64,000 nt of DNA from a virus. Made by a program: the position numbers and the translations under genes. The notes under the pieces are model-generated. The model searched no databases. It worked only from the letters and a program-made list of their open reading frames with translations, and had not been told where the DNA came from. Numbering within the stretch: the stretch's first letter is position 1; every line of letters starts with the position of its first letter. Positions 9,817 through 18,590 of this stretch are shown piece by piece. The stretch lies in IMG/VR virus record IMGVR_UViG_3300046167_000921, positions 64,001 to 128,000 of that record. One strand, written 5' to 3'.

Positions 9817-10289
9817 CAGGGAACCCCCACGTTAGAGTCACTTGAGCCTTTATCTTTCTCTTCCTTCTTGTTTGAAGGGTACTCGACATCAGTTCTCCAA
9901 TTGCCATGTCTGCTCTCTTCTTCGGAGAAGTAGAAGACATCAGGAGTCTGCATGAAGTACTTCATCTCGCCTGTCTTCTCATCTTCTTTGCCCCCAATGA
10001 AGCAAAGAAGGTGGTCGATGAGTGCGGTACGCTGAGCTTCGTTGAGCTTGACCCAGCAATCATTACCGATGGTGAGTACGAACTGATACTCTCGCTCACC
10101 AAGCACTGAGAGAATTGCAGGTGCTTTTGCGGTTGTACCCAAGATAGGGCGATCACCCTTCCTGTTTGCCTTGTCTTTGAAGACGACAACGATGTCATCT
10201 ACGATATCGACGAGGTGAGGGTGGTGATTGGCTGTGAGATCGCGAATGATCTCGTGAGTTGAAGACGATGCTTTCCATCTTTGGCTCAT
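9816..10289 (-). CDS. Putative phage metallopeptidase-like protein (degenerate HExxH)
   Basis: Start moved to MSQRW (GGAGG RBS). YQFVLTI...W..L...QR.ALIDHLLCFI resembles phage metallopeptidase-like proteins but lacks the Glu and second His. Confidence 0.5.
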   Translation of the reverse strand: MSQRWKASSSTHEIIRDLTANHHPHLVDIVDDIVVVFKDKANRKGDRPILGTTAKAPAILSVLGEREYQFVLTIGNDCWVKLNEAQRTALIDHLLCFIGGKEDEKTGEMKYFMQTPDVFYFSEEESRHGNWRTDVEYPSNKKEEKDKGSSDSNVGVP

Positions 10290-10351
10290 AGTTCCTCCAT
10301 GTTTTAATGTGTTGTAAAGTGTGTCTCTTATAGAGTCTATTTTTTGCAAGA

Positions 10352-10591
10352 CTACTTTTTGTGAATTGCACTCTTGACCGAGGAAGTGAGGGTAGTCAAG
10401 AACCCTTCTAAAATAAGGAAAACTCTCAACATAAGGCTTGGCTTGACACACATATAAAACCTTATAAAAAGCTCCATCTGGTCAGGATTGAGCTTGGTTT
10501 CTTCATTAAATATGAAGGATGTGTCCCCATCTTCGTGCAGGATGATTACCACGTCATTCAGTGAAAAGCTATGTTTATTTTCGTCCATCAT
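10352..10591 (-). CDS. Hypothetical protein
   Basis: 79 aa, 4-nt overlap with upstream gene. Confidence 0.55.
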   Translation of the reverse strand: MMDENKHSFSLNDVVIILHEDGDTSFIFNEETKLNPDQMELFIRFYMCVKPSLMLRVFLILEGFLTTLTSSVKSAIHKK

Positions 10592-10917
10592 TCACCTAAT
10601 CTGTAACTTTCCCTTATGGCATGAAGGACTCTATTCCCTGTCTCATGAAAAGGTCGATCCCCAGAGGATTTCACACACCATTGTACTTTGCCGTATATGA
10701 CGAAATGATACCACCCAGAACCCTCTTCTAAAGTAAGGAGTACCTTCATCTTTGGGTCTTCTTCATGTATGAACTCAAGCATCTTCTCAAAAGGAGATAG
10801 ATATATGAGAGAGTACCCGACCTCTGTGAGAAGATGGGTCAAGTATGCCTCATAAGAGAGATTGCCCTCATATGAGTTACACACCCTCTGGCCATTTTCA
10901 ATTCTAGACAAAGACAC
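10588..10917 (-). CDS. Hypothetical protein
   Basis: 109 aa, GGGAGG RBS. Confidence 0.65.
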   Translation of the reverse strand: MSLSRIENGQRVCNSYEGNLSYEAYLTHLLTEVGYSLIYLSPFEKMLEFIHEEDPKMKVLLTLEEGSGWYHFVIYGKVQWCVKSSGDRPFHETGNRVLHAIRESYRLGE

Positions 10918-10963
10918 TACATTACTAAGCCTCCCTACCTATAATCCAAGTTCCATTTAAGAA

Positions 10964-11224
10964 CTATTCTTCGACTAAGTAGCCTCTCCTTTTAGCTAAC
11001 AATGCTACATGGGCAAGAGCTACGGGGTCGTGAGAGCTGACGACAATCTTGTTGTCGTTTACTAACTGAGAAGAACAGCCTGCAATAGAAGAGACAGACC
11101 TCACATACATCTCAGGGAAAGGAGATTCGTTGGCGTGGATCGTGATGTCATATTGATGTTTCATCACCTCTAGTATCCATTTGTCTACGATGTTCTTGGG
11201 TAGGATTGCCTTGTTTCCCGTCAT
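10964..11224 (-). CDS. Hypothetical protein
   Basis: 86 aa, 4-nt overlap with upstream gene. Confidence 0.6.
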   Translation of the reverse strand: MTGNKAILPKNIVDKWILEVMKHQYDITIHANESPFPEMYVRSVSSIAGCSSQLVNDNKIVVSSHDPVALAHVALLAKRRGYLVEE

Positions 11225-11796
11225 AGTATAACTCTTTTTCTCGGTTCCTTATCTGAGTCGCACCTTAACAAAGTTAAGTTGTCCCCTACGGTCTTCATAG
11301 ATAAGTAAATGTCTTCAAGGCTAGGAGCTTGAGATAAGGACTCCATGCACTTCAAGAACCGATACCTGACCTTCCCTTGAGTATCTCCTAGCATTCTAGC
11401 CACATGGCTTTGACTAGAGTGCAGGTACAGATAGACCAACACGTCTATGTCTTTCTTCTCTGTAAAGAACCCAGACAGTCGGGATCTGAGTTCCTCCTCA
11501 GTATATAAAGATATTTTCAAGTAGACTTTAAGTCTGTCTATACCCCGATTAATTCTGTAGTGTATGTTAGGCTGGGTGTACCCGAAGATCTTGCCTAATA
11601 GTGCCTGACTCACCCCTTTTAAGAGATGAAGCTCTACCATATCGGCCTCAATAGGAGATATGTGGCTCATGTGGTCTAATATCTCCTGAACCTGTAATGC
11701 CTTATGGGGGGCTACAAAGCTTGCAGAAGGCAGACTGTCAAGACCTTGTCCATTAGAGAAGATCTCTTCCATTAGCTTCGCGTCCATATCACACAC
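11221..11796 (-). CDS. Sigma-70 region-4-like tandem HTH protein
   Basis: SPIEADMVELHLLKGVSQALLGKIFGYTQPNIHYRINRGIDRLK and a second HTH SQSHVARMLGDTQGKVRYRF. No sigma region 2 recognised. Confidence 0.65.
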   Translation of the reverse strand: MCDMDAKLMEEIFSNGQGLDSLPSASFVAPHKALQVQEILDHMSHISPIEADMVELHLLKGVSQALLGKIFGYTQPNIHYRINRGIDRLKVYLKISLYTEEELRSRLSGFFTEKKDIDVLVYLYLHSSQSHVARMLGDTQGKVRYRFLKCMESLSQAPSLEDIYLSMKTVGDNLTLLRCDSDKEPRKRVIL

Positions 11797-12304
11797 TCTC
11801 TACAGACAGACAGTCTGCACTTATTATTATTTCAACACTCCTCATGTCTATAAGGAGTGAGTACATCCTGAGACTGTCTTTCTCAAAGAGATCAAGGACG
11901 GTGGCTTCAAAACCCTTGAATTCGCCGTCCTTGATCGCAACCTTGTCTCCAAAATCAAACCTAGCACCTAGTTCATCAGCTCTTTTCAGCATCGAGTTGA
12001 GGTCTCTGGTACTGATAACTCCTTTTGAGATCAAACCCGTTGACTCATCTATCTGACTAACCACATTCCGAATTAGGTACGTTCTTCTAAGATCGAAGTA
12101 GTCAGAAGCACCGTACCCTGACTTGATGAAGATATAACCCTCCATCACCCAGACGGGTTTTCCTCCGTGCTTGACTATCGGTATGAAGATGTCCCCTTCT
12201 TTAAAAGGAGACACTTCAAGCAAAGACCTTTTTAAAGTGCCTTGCTCTACTGCCTCTTCACCCTTGCTGGTTATTTCTAAGATAACCCAAGACTCTGATC
12301 TCAT
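11789..12304 (-). CDS. nusG: NusG/Spt5-family transcription factor
   Basis: NGN-like WVILEI..KGEE...IFIP...EGYIFI plus KOW FDFGDKVAIKDGEFKGFEATV. Confidence 0.8.
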   Translation of the reverse strand: MRSESWVILEITSKGEEAVEQGTLKRSLLEVSPFKEGDIFIPIVKHGGKPVWVMEGYIFIKSGYGASDYFDLRRTYLIRNVVSQIDESTGLISKGVISTRDLNSMLKRADELGARFDFGDKVAIKDGEFKGFEATVLDLFEKDSLRMYSLLIDMRSVEIIISADCLSVESV

Positions 12305-12331
12305 ATAAGACTCACTAAGAAGTTAGATTTG

Positions 12332-13504
12332 TTAAATATCTAACTTACTTTTTACCATTGTCGCGAACTTAGACAATGAAAGAGTTCTCATTTCTTCTCG
12401 GATTTGACCTTGTGGCTCTGTGAAGGCGGGTAAAGGAGCATTATTTTTGGGTATGCCCCCCTTCTTCCATTTCAGAACACTCACTTTTAACATTGCACTT
12501 GTGGGTCTGTATGGGGCAGAGGCAAGATCATCTGCAAGGGCAAGGAGTCCATCCTGATGCAGATCCCATGCTTTCGTGAGTATGTCCTTCTTCCAAAAAG
12601 GGGGAGGTTTGCCCGAACCATACCCTATAGAGATTGACCATGTGGCTGCGGTCAGCAACCTATCATAGACAACACCAACGGGCGTGGACATCAACAAGTC
12701 TTCAAGAATGATTAGGGACTGACTCACGTCGCTAATGAGAAGCTTGCAGATTTGATCGTTACGGTCTACATGCAGATACTCACGCACTCCTTGCACTGAC
12801 ACTTTACCCTCTTTAGAGGCAACGCCTTCAATCGCCTTCAGTGCATCGCGAATGTGTCCTTCGGTAAAGTCTGCAATGAGTACAAGAGCTTCCCTCTCGC
12901 TCTCAAACCCCTCTTCAGTACACACCATTTCGAGACGGTCTGCTATCTCTTCAGAGTTAACATGCTTGATGATGAATGCAGGAGCACATCGAGACAGGAC
13001 AGTTTGTCTCATCTTTTCAGGTTCTGTTGTTGCGAATATGCAGACAAGCCTCTTATCGAAAGATCCCTTGTCATTCTCCTCCATTGGCTTGAGGAGAGCG
13101 TCAAGAGCATCCTTCGATAGCTGGTGAGCCTCATCGAACAGGTACAGTTTTTTCGACCCTGAAAAAGAGGTGTAGTTCAGGTTCTCAAGTAGCTTCTTCA
13201 CGTCAGCTTTACCTGAGTTCGTAGCCGCGTCCACTTCAATGAAGGAATCGTGACTGCCGTCTAGCATTGCTTTACAAGAGTTGCATTGGTCGCAAGGGTC
13301 TCCCTTTACAGGATTCTCACATAATAAGGCTCTTGCCATAATGCGACCGAGTGTTGTTTTCCCTGACCCGTAAGGGCCAGCGAACAAATAGGACTGCCTC
13401 CACCCAGCTTCACTTGAAATGAACCCTTTGAGGGTCTTTATCGTGTCTTTTTGACCGAGAACGTCTTCATATGTTCTCGGTCGGTATTTCGTATCTAATG
13501 ACAT
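12332..13504 (-). CDS. dnaX: DNA Pol III clamp-loader gamma/tau subunit (gamma length)
   Basis: KYRPRTYEDVLGQ, GPYGSGKT, CDQCNSC, FIEVDAA, LFDEAHQL, TVLSRC, GHIRDAL. Confidence 0.93.
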   Translation of the reverse strand: MSLDTKYRPRTYEDVLGQKDTIKTLKGFISSEAGWRQSYLFAGPYGSGKTTLGRIMARALLCENPVKGDPCDQCNSCKAMLDGSHDSFIEVDAATNSGKADVKKLLENLNYTSFSGSKKLYLFDEAHQLSKDALDALLKPMEENDKGSFDKRLVCIFATTEPEKMRQTVLSRCAPAFIIKHVNSEEIADRLEMVCTEEGFESEREALVLIADFTEGHIRDALKAIEGVASKEGKVSVQGVREYLHVDRNDQICKLLISDVSQSLIILEDLLMSTPVGVVYDRLLTAATWSISIGYGSGKPPPFWKKDILTKAWDLHQDGLLALADDLASAPYRPTSAMLKVSVLKWKKGGIPKNNAPLPAFTEPQGQIREEMRTLSLSKFATMVKSKLDI

Positions 13505-13540
13505 ACATATCTCCTTTCATTCTTTTATAGAATCGGAGAT

Positions 13541-13879
13541 TTAACGCCTCCTCTTTCTTTTAGGATTGCGAGCTTCGTAGTCTACCCTAGCCTTTTGCTT
13601 CCTGCACTTGTCGGAGCAGTATTTTTTTCTATCAGACGCTACCTTGTTAGAACAGCCATAATTCTCGCAAGAGCGGGTTGACTCAATTATTACAACTTCA
13701 TGTCTGACTTCTTCTCTTCTCCCTGGACAATTGTGATACCAGCATTGGGTTTTCTCTTCTTTGAAGCCATACGAATTGAGTTGAGTACGACATCTCCACC
13801 TCCGCACCTCCAACCCATCTTCGTACCATAACACATTGCACTTACTTTTCCTGAGAGGCGTTACTTCTATCTCATCCAT
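13541..13879 (-). CDS. Cys-rich hypothetical protein (probable Zn finger)
   Basis: CENYGC...KYCSDKCR. Confidence 0.6.
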   Translation of the reverse strand: MDEIEVTPLRKSKCNVLWYEDGLEVRRWRCRTQLNSYGFKEEKTQCWYHNCPGRREEVRHEVVIIESTRSCENYGCSNKVASDRKKYCSDKCRKQKARVDYEARNPKRKRRR

Positions 13880-14002
13880 TTAAAAAAACCTTATCCACCT
13901 AGTTGTTTCTGTAGAGGTGTTATACCAGCCTCAAAAAAATGTCTTTCAAATATGTCATTGGGGGTATAAGTAACCACAATCAAGAAAGGGAGCATACTAA
14001 AG

Positions 14003-14737
14003 ATGAGTACGGATTTTCAAGACCGAAGAGTAGACATTTACAACGACGGTGTTGGCGGGGTCGCCCTGATTCAACACATGGGAGATGACCTCACAGTCGT
14101 TAACGCGGCTAGAGCCTCTCTAGACAAAGTGAGCACCGAGTGGTCTGAAAGAGAGGCAAGGCTCTCCAGCTTTCTTGTGAGAGAGGGTCACACATCAACA
14201 GTCGAACACAACGTCATCACTTTTTGGATCAAAGTGCCGATGTTCGTCGCAAGGCAACAGATGAGACACAGGACATTCTCCTACAATGAGATCTCAAGAA
14301 GGTACACCTCAGAGAACCTTGAGTTCTACTTTCCAAAAGAGATGAGGATGCAGGATACTAAGAACCGTCAGACGAGTCTTGATGAGACGTTCAATCCCGT
14401 GATTGAGTTCGAGCCTTCCCTCAAAGTGGATTCCTCTTCTGCAATCAAGAACCACACCGCTGACGCCGTGATACTCTATAATAAGATGATTGATCAAGGT
14501 GTAGCCCGAGAGCAAGCGAGGATGGTCTTACCTCAGAACATATACACAACTTATTGGGCTACGGGATCTCTTCACAATTGGGTGAACAGCTTCATTGCGA
14601 AGAGAGACCATGAAGATGCACAATGGGAGATCAAGCTCTTGGCCAGAGAGATCAGTAGGCAGATACAATCAATATGGCCTAAATCACATGAGAACTTTGT
14701 TAAGCATGGGAAGATCCCCGCAGTACAAGAGGGTTGA
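14003..14737 (+). CDS. thyX: Flavin-dependent thymidylate synthase
   Basis: ThyX motif RHRTFSYNEISRRY, GHTSTVEH, EQARMVLP, AQWEI. Confidence 0.95.
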   Translation: MSTDFQDRRVDIYNDGVGGVALIQHMGDDLTVVNAARASLDKVSTEWSEREARLSSFLVREGHTSTVEHNVITFWIKVPMFVARQQMRHRTFSYNEISRRYTSENLEFYFPKEMRMQDTKNRQTSLDETFNPVIEFEPSLKVDSSSAIKNHTADAVILYNKMIDQGVAREQARMVLPQNIYTTYWATGSLHNWVNSFIAKRDHEDAQWEIKLLAREISRQIQSIWPKSHENFVKHGKIPAVQEG

Positions 14738-14818
14738 ATTCCCCCCTTTTATACCTCCCCCTCTTCCTGTATCATATAAACAAATAATGCAAACACAGAA
14801 AGAGGAGAAGCCACCAAG

Positions 14819-15793
14819 ATGATTAATCTTATCTGGAGGACAGATGTACACATGGCCGACAAGACTCCAAGAAGGAGATTAGGCTCTTGGACAACAGATG
14901 TCGTGAGAAAACTTAAGTGGGTCGGTGAACTAGCAAAAGAAACAGGGGCAAATGCTGTCTTAGACGGCGGTGACTTCTTTGATGTTAAGTCACCCTCCAA
15001 GAACTCACACTCTCTCGTTAGAGAGGCATTTAACGCCCACAGCGATTACCCTTGCCCTGTCTATGGATTAGTGGGCAATCACGATGTTAAGTACGGTAAG
15101 TACGAATACCTGCCTGAGCAACCGCTAGGGGTCTTGTTCTCCTCTGGTGTCTTTAAGGAGTTTGGCGATAACAAGGAGATTGTCTTTGAAGAAGACGGAG
15201 TAAAAGTCAGAGTAGTTGGGATACCATATCACGGAACTTTGTATGACTTTGAAAGACTATCCTCTGTGGAAAGAGGAGATGAAGACTACCTCTTAGTTGC
15301 TTGTCACCTCTTGGCTCGAAAAGGTAAGACAGGGACGATGTTTGAAGGGGAAGATATAGTAGGATATGACTTCCTAGACACGGTCTCTCAGGTAGATGGA
15401 TGGTTCTTCGGGCATTGGCATAAAGATCAGGGAGTCGTGAAGCTTCCTAACGGAGCTACCGTAGTAAATGTAGGTTCGCTCACAAGAGGCTCTCTACACC
15501 TAGACGACCTTGATCGGAAGCCCTGTGTGGTAGAGGTCAAGATGACCAAAGAGAGTATCGAGTTCGTTAGGCACAATGTGCCTGTGAGACCCGCATCTGA
15601 GTGCTTCAAGATAGAAGAGGCAGTAAGAGAAAAAGACGACAGCCAGAGAATGACTGACATAGTGGATCGAATGAAGAAGATCGCGACACAAGGCTGGACA
15701 GAATTAACATTAAAAGAGCGAGTAATGTCCATTAGCACGGCATCTAATGGTGCGAAGGAGCTTGCTAACTCTTATTTAGACAAGGTAACTTAA
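14819..15793 (+). CDS. SbcD/Mre11-family metallophosphoesterase nuclease
   Basis: DVH, GGDFFD, GNHD, GHWH, NVGSL. Confidence 0.85.
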   Translation: MINLIWRTDVHMADKTPRRRLGSWTTDVVRKLKWVGELAKETGANAVLDGGDFFDVKSPSKNSHSLVREAFNAHSDYPCPVYGLVGNHDVKYGKYEYLPEQPLGVLFSSGVFKEFGDNKEIVFEEDGVKVRVVGIPYHGTLYDFERLSSVERGDEDYLLVACHLLARKGKTGTMFEGEDIVGYDFLDTVSQVDGWFFGHWHKDQGVVKLPNGATVVNVGSLTRGSLHLDDLDRKPCVVEVKMTKESIEFVRHNVPVRPASECFKIEEAVREKDDSQRMTDIVDRMKKIATQGWTELTLKERVMSISTASNGAKELANSYLDKVT

Positions 15794-15795
15794 AT

Positions 15796-16305
15796 ATGAT
15801 TGTAAGTGAAAGAAACAAAGAAGGGTTATTAGAGGATCTCGGAAAGTACCTTCAAGAGTACCTGAGCCTCTCACAGAAGATCTCGTTCAACGGAAACAAG
15901 TCCGACAGGGCGGACTTGAACGAGTATGCAAGCACGATTCTCGATGTCCTGACACAAAAGTCTTTGTCGGGCAAGTCTCTAGAGTGGGATTACGAGAAGT
16001 TCCGTGAGGCGAAAGGAGGCTGGGTTGAGACAGGAGCTTCTGTAGAGGAGATCATTGAAACAGTAACCTATAACATAGGTGTGTATGAAGGCTCTTTGAG
16101 TACAGGAGAGAAGTGGGAAGTAGAAGAGATGAAGTCTAATGAAATCACCTTCGCCCCTGTACTCTCAGACATAACCGTCAAGCTCAGCGATCTCTCTGAG
16201 CTTAAAGAGAACTACCCTCAGATTAAGAACATTCACTTAGTTAGCGACGCTAAATTGGGAGAGGTCAACATTCGCCTCAAGCTCTTTTTGGACGGATGCG
16301 ACTAA
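15796..16305 (+). CDS. Hypothetical protein
   Basis: 169 aa directly after the SbcD-like gene. Confidence 0.6.
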   Translation: MIVSERNKEGLLEDLGKYLQEYLSLSQKISFNGNKSDRADLNEYASTILDVLTQKSLSGKSLEWDYEKFREAKGGWVETGASVEEIIETVTYNIGVYEGSLSTGEKWEVEEMKSNEITFAPVLSDITVKLSDLSELKENYPQIKNIHLVSDAKLGEVNIRLKLFLDGCD

Positions 16306-17685
16306 AGCAGAGTTCATTTGAACGTGTTCCTTGATCTCCTCATCAATAGGTTCTTCACCTGAGAGAATCTTGTATATCAAGGTGGCTCCTTCTCCGTTCT
16401 TCATATAGTCTTCAAGATCAGCCTTTAATGTGAGCATGGCTTTAGCTTGTACTATCTTTAGGGATATAGGAAGTGAAGCAGATGACCCTTTTTTGCCTCC
16501 TCCTGAAAACTTGTTCTTTATAGCGGTGAACATGTTCGCCATGCCTTCAGTCGCTTTGTCATACCACACTTCAGCCTCGTCGAAGAATTTCTTGCCTGCT
16601 TGGTCTGACATAGTTCCAGATAGATAGAGACCTTTCTCAATAGCGGGTCGTACTTCTAGCTGAAACTCCTTATGCACCTCTAGCATCTGATCTTTCATCT
16701 CTTTCCAACTCAGATCTGGGTTGTCCATGATGTCCTGAATCTTCTCGTTATACCGAGACTCCATTTTTTCGGGTGTTACGGCACCCGCAAAGATGTCTTG
16801 AGTTACGAGCTTGAATTGATTTGTACTTCGACCATCAAAAAACTTTTTCAACGCCGTCCCAAACACTATAGCTATCACGGTAGATATCAAAAATCCTGTC
16901 CCTTTAGCTAACAAACCTTCGCTCTGGCCGATAAAAAGTTTTGCAATAAATCCATTGAGACTACCCCCTAATCCGGGGATGATTCCGAAGTGACTTATTA
17001 TAAGGAAAATGCCAAAGGGTAATATCACCCTTAACAGCATATCTTGAGCCCAAACAGCGGCAATAGAAAGAACCTCGACAGATTGATCGAACGCTTTCAA
17101 GAAACTGGTCTTGAAGAGTTCGAAATTTTTGCTTGGACTCAACTTCTGATCACTAGCTCTCCAATCATCAACAAAACTCTTCAAGGCGAGAGGGACGCTC
17201 TTAAGAGCATTCAGACCGACAAAGACGAATTTTGAGACAATACCCCTAGTAATGCCAAGAAAGAGTGCTTTGTGCCAGCTTCGTTCATAACCAGGGGTCT
17301 TGAACGCACTACGAACACCCTCTGCGATTTGAATCACATCTGCCTCGTAGAGCTCTATCTCACTTGAAGGAGCACGGATACGGTCTTCATCATAGATCAA
17401 TATCTGTAGTTCGTAAAAGTCCTCGGCCTCTTTGAGTTCTATCGTCTCCTTGGTGATCTCTCCCGCTTTAAACTTTGGATACCACGAACCTATCTTTTGC
17501 TGGGCATACCTCTTCTTCTGGAGCAGTGGGTATTCCTTCTCGGCTCTCTCCTCTTCTATTTCAAACCAGCCTCGAAGAACCCAATACCCTATTGTCTCGC
17601 CTTTTCTATAAGGGTGAGGACCCCTCCAAGATTTCATGGCGTCGTCAAAGGGTGCCCATTCTTTTTTTGTTAGATTCACGATCAT
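16237..17685 (-). CDS. Hypothetical membrane protein
   Basis: 482 aa with central hydrophobic stretches (VILPFGIFLIISHFGIIPG; GFLISTVIAIVFG). Promoter-like TTG-TTTCTT-TAT at 17722-17733. Confidence 0.65.
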   Translation of the reverse strand: MIVNLTKKEWAPFDDAMKSWRGPHPYRKGETIGYWVLRGWFEIEEERAEKEYPLLQKKRYAQQKIGSWYPKFKAGEITKETIELKEAEDFYELQILIYDEDRIRAPSSEIELYEADVIQIAEGVRSAFKTPGYERSWHKALFLGITRGIVSKFVFVGLNALKSVPLALKSFVDDWRASDQKLSPSKNFELFKTSFLKAFDQSVEVLSIAAVWAQDMLLRVILPFGIFLIISHFGIIPGLGGSLNGFIAKLFIGQSEGLLAKGTGFLISTVIAIVFGTALKKFFDGRSTNQFKLVTQDIFAGAVTPEKMESRYNEKIQDIMDNPDLSWKEMKDQMLEVHKEFQLEVRPAIEKGLYLSGTMSDQAGKKFFDEAEVWYDKATEGMANMFTAIKNKFSGGGKKGSSASLPISLKIVQAKAMLTLKADLEDYMKNGEGATLIYKILSGEEPIDEEIKEHVQMNSALVASVQKELEANVDLSQFSVAN

Positions 17686-17736
17686 AGCAGTAGCCTTTCT
17701 GGTTTTTGGTATACGTCACTCATAAAGAAACAAAAA

Positions 17737-18108
17737 CTAAACCTTCCACTTTGGGTCTACTACCCAAGGATGGTTGACTCCTTCTCCCCTACATAAGGGA
17801 GAGTCTTTAACCGACCAATGACACCTAGCTTTACTTCTCTTGCCCTTCTTGAGTGCATGTTCTGCTTTCAAGGCTTCAGATCGAGATGTGTAAGGGCCAT
17901 AACAAGCACGGGCGACCCAAGGACGATGTTTAGAGGTATATTTACCACCTTTGGGATTTCCTTGTTTACCATTAGCGTAGAGTCCGTTATGTTCTCGAAG
18001 CCTTCGTGCGGGATCTGTGGTCATACCGACGTAGAAAAAGCCTGGTAAAGGCTTGCCTTTCTTACCCACCCTAACATTCTCGCTCTGTATAACATACACC
18101 CAATACAT
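17737..18108 (-). CDS. GIY-YIG nuclease
   Basis: YWVYVI...FYVGMTTDPARRLREHN...SEALKAE. Confidence 0.9.
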   Translation of the reverse strand: MYWVYVIQSENVRVGKKGKPLPGFFYVGMTTDPARRLREHNGLYANGKQGNPKGGKYTSKHRPWVARACYGPYTSRSEALKAEHALKKGKRSKARCHWSVKDSPLCRGEGVNHPWVVDPKWKV

Positions 18109-18131
18109 ATTTACTCCTTTTGAGGTCTGAC

Positions 18132-18590
18132 ATGAACACTGACGACATACTCAACTCGACAGCCCATTTTTTGAAAGAATACTTTGATATGGAAGATTGG
18201 AGTGTTGATGAAACTCCGCCTTCATTTACCCTCTTCAATCTTTATACGAAAGACGAAGAAGAGTGGGCATATCATTTCTTGCCCGTCAAAGACCTTTGTG
18301 GCGTCGAGCCTGAATTCTTGGCTCCGACTTTAAAGTCTGCACTTCACGAAAGCACCGAAGGAGAGAACCTTGCGTTTTTCGGGGTCTGTCAGGCTCCCGA
18401 AGGCGATCTCGAAGGCAGACTAGACCCCGAGTCAGAGTACTTCTTCCTTATACTGTATCTGGCAGACAAAGATTCCTTTTACGGTAGTCTTTATGATTTT
18501 GATATGGCTGAGCTAGGGTCTCTTGATGTGTTCCAAGCATTCCCAGAATTAATGGAGGTAGACTTCTCTACCGAAGATATTGTCCACTAA
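18132..18590 (+). CDS. Very acidic hypothetical protein
   Basis: ATG 18132 with GAGG RBS. About 35 Asp+Glu versus 6 Lys+Arg in 152 aa (hand count). Confidence 0.65.
   Translation: MNTDDILNSTAHFLKEYFDMEDWSVDETPPSFTLFNLYTKDEEEWAYHFLPVKDLCGVEPEFLAPTLKSALHESTEGENLAFFGVCQAPEGDLEGRLDPESEYFFLILYLADKDSFYGSLYDFDMAELGSLDVFQAFPELMEVDFSTEDIVH

Noticed and set aside
10290-10451. Track N-terminal extensions for several genes (9816, 21891, 23075, 23694, 24226, 40109, 51554, 55454, 59687)
   Set aside because: They overlap neighbouring genes, and downstream starts have better RBS or coupling, so coordinates were trimmed
13891-13899. TTATCCACC, near DnaA box
   Set aside because: A single 8/9 match with no box cluster
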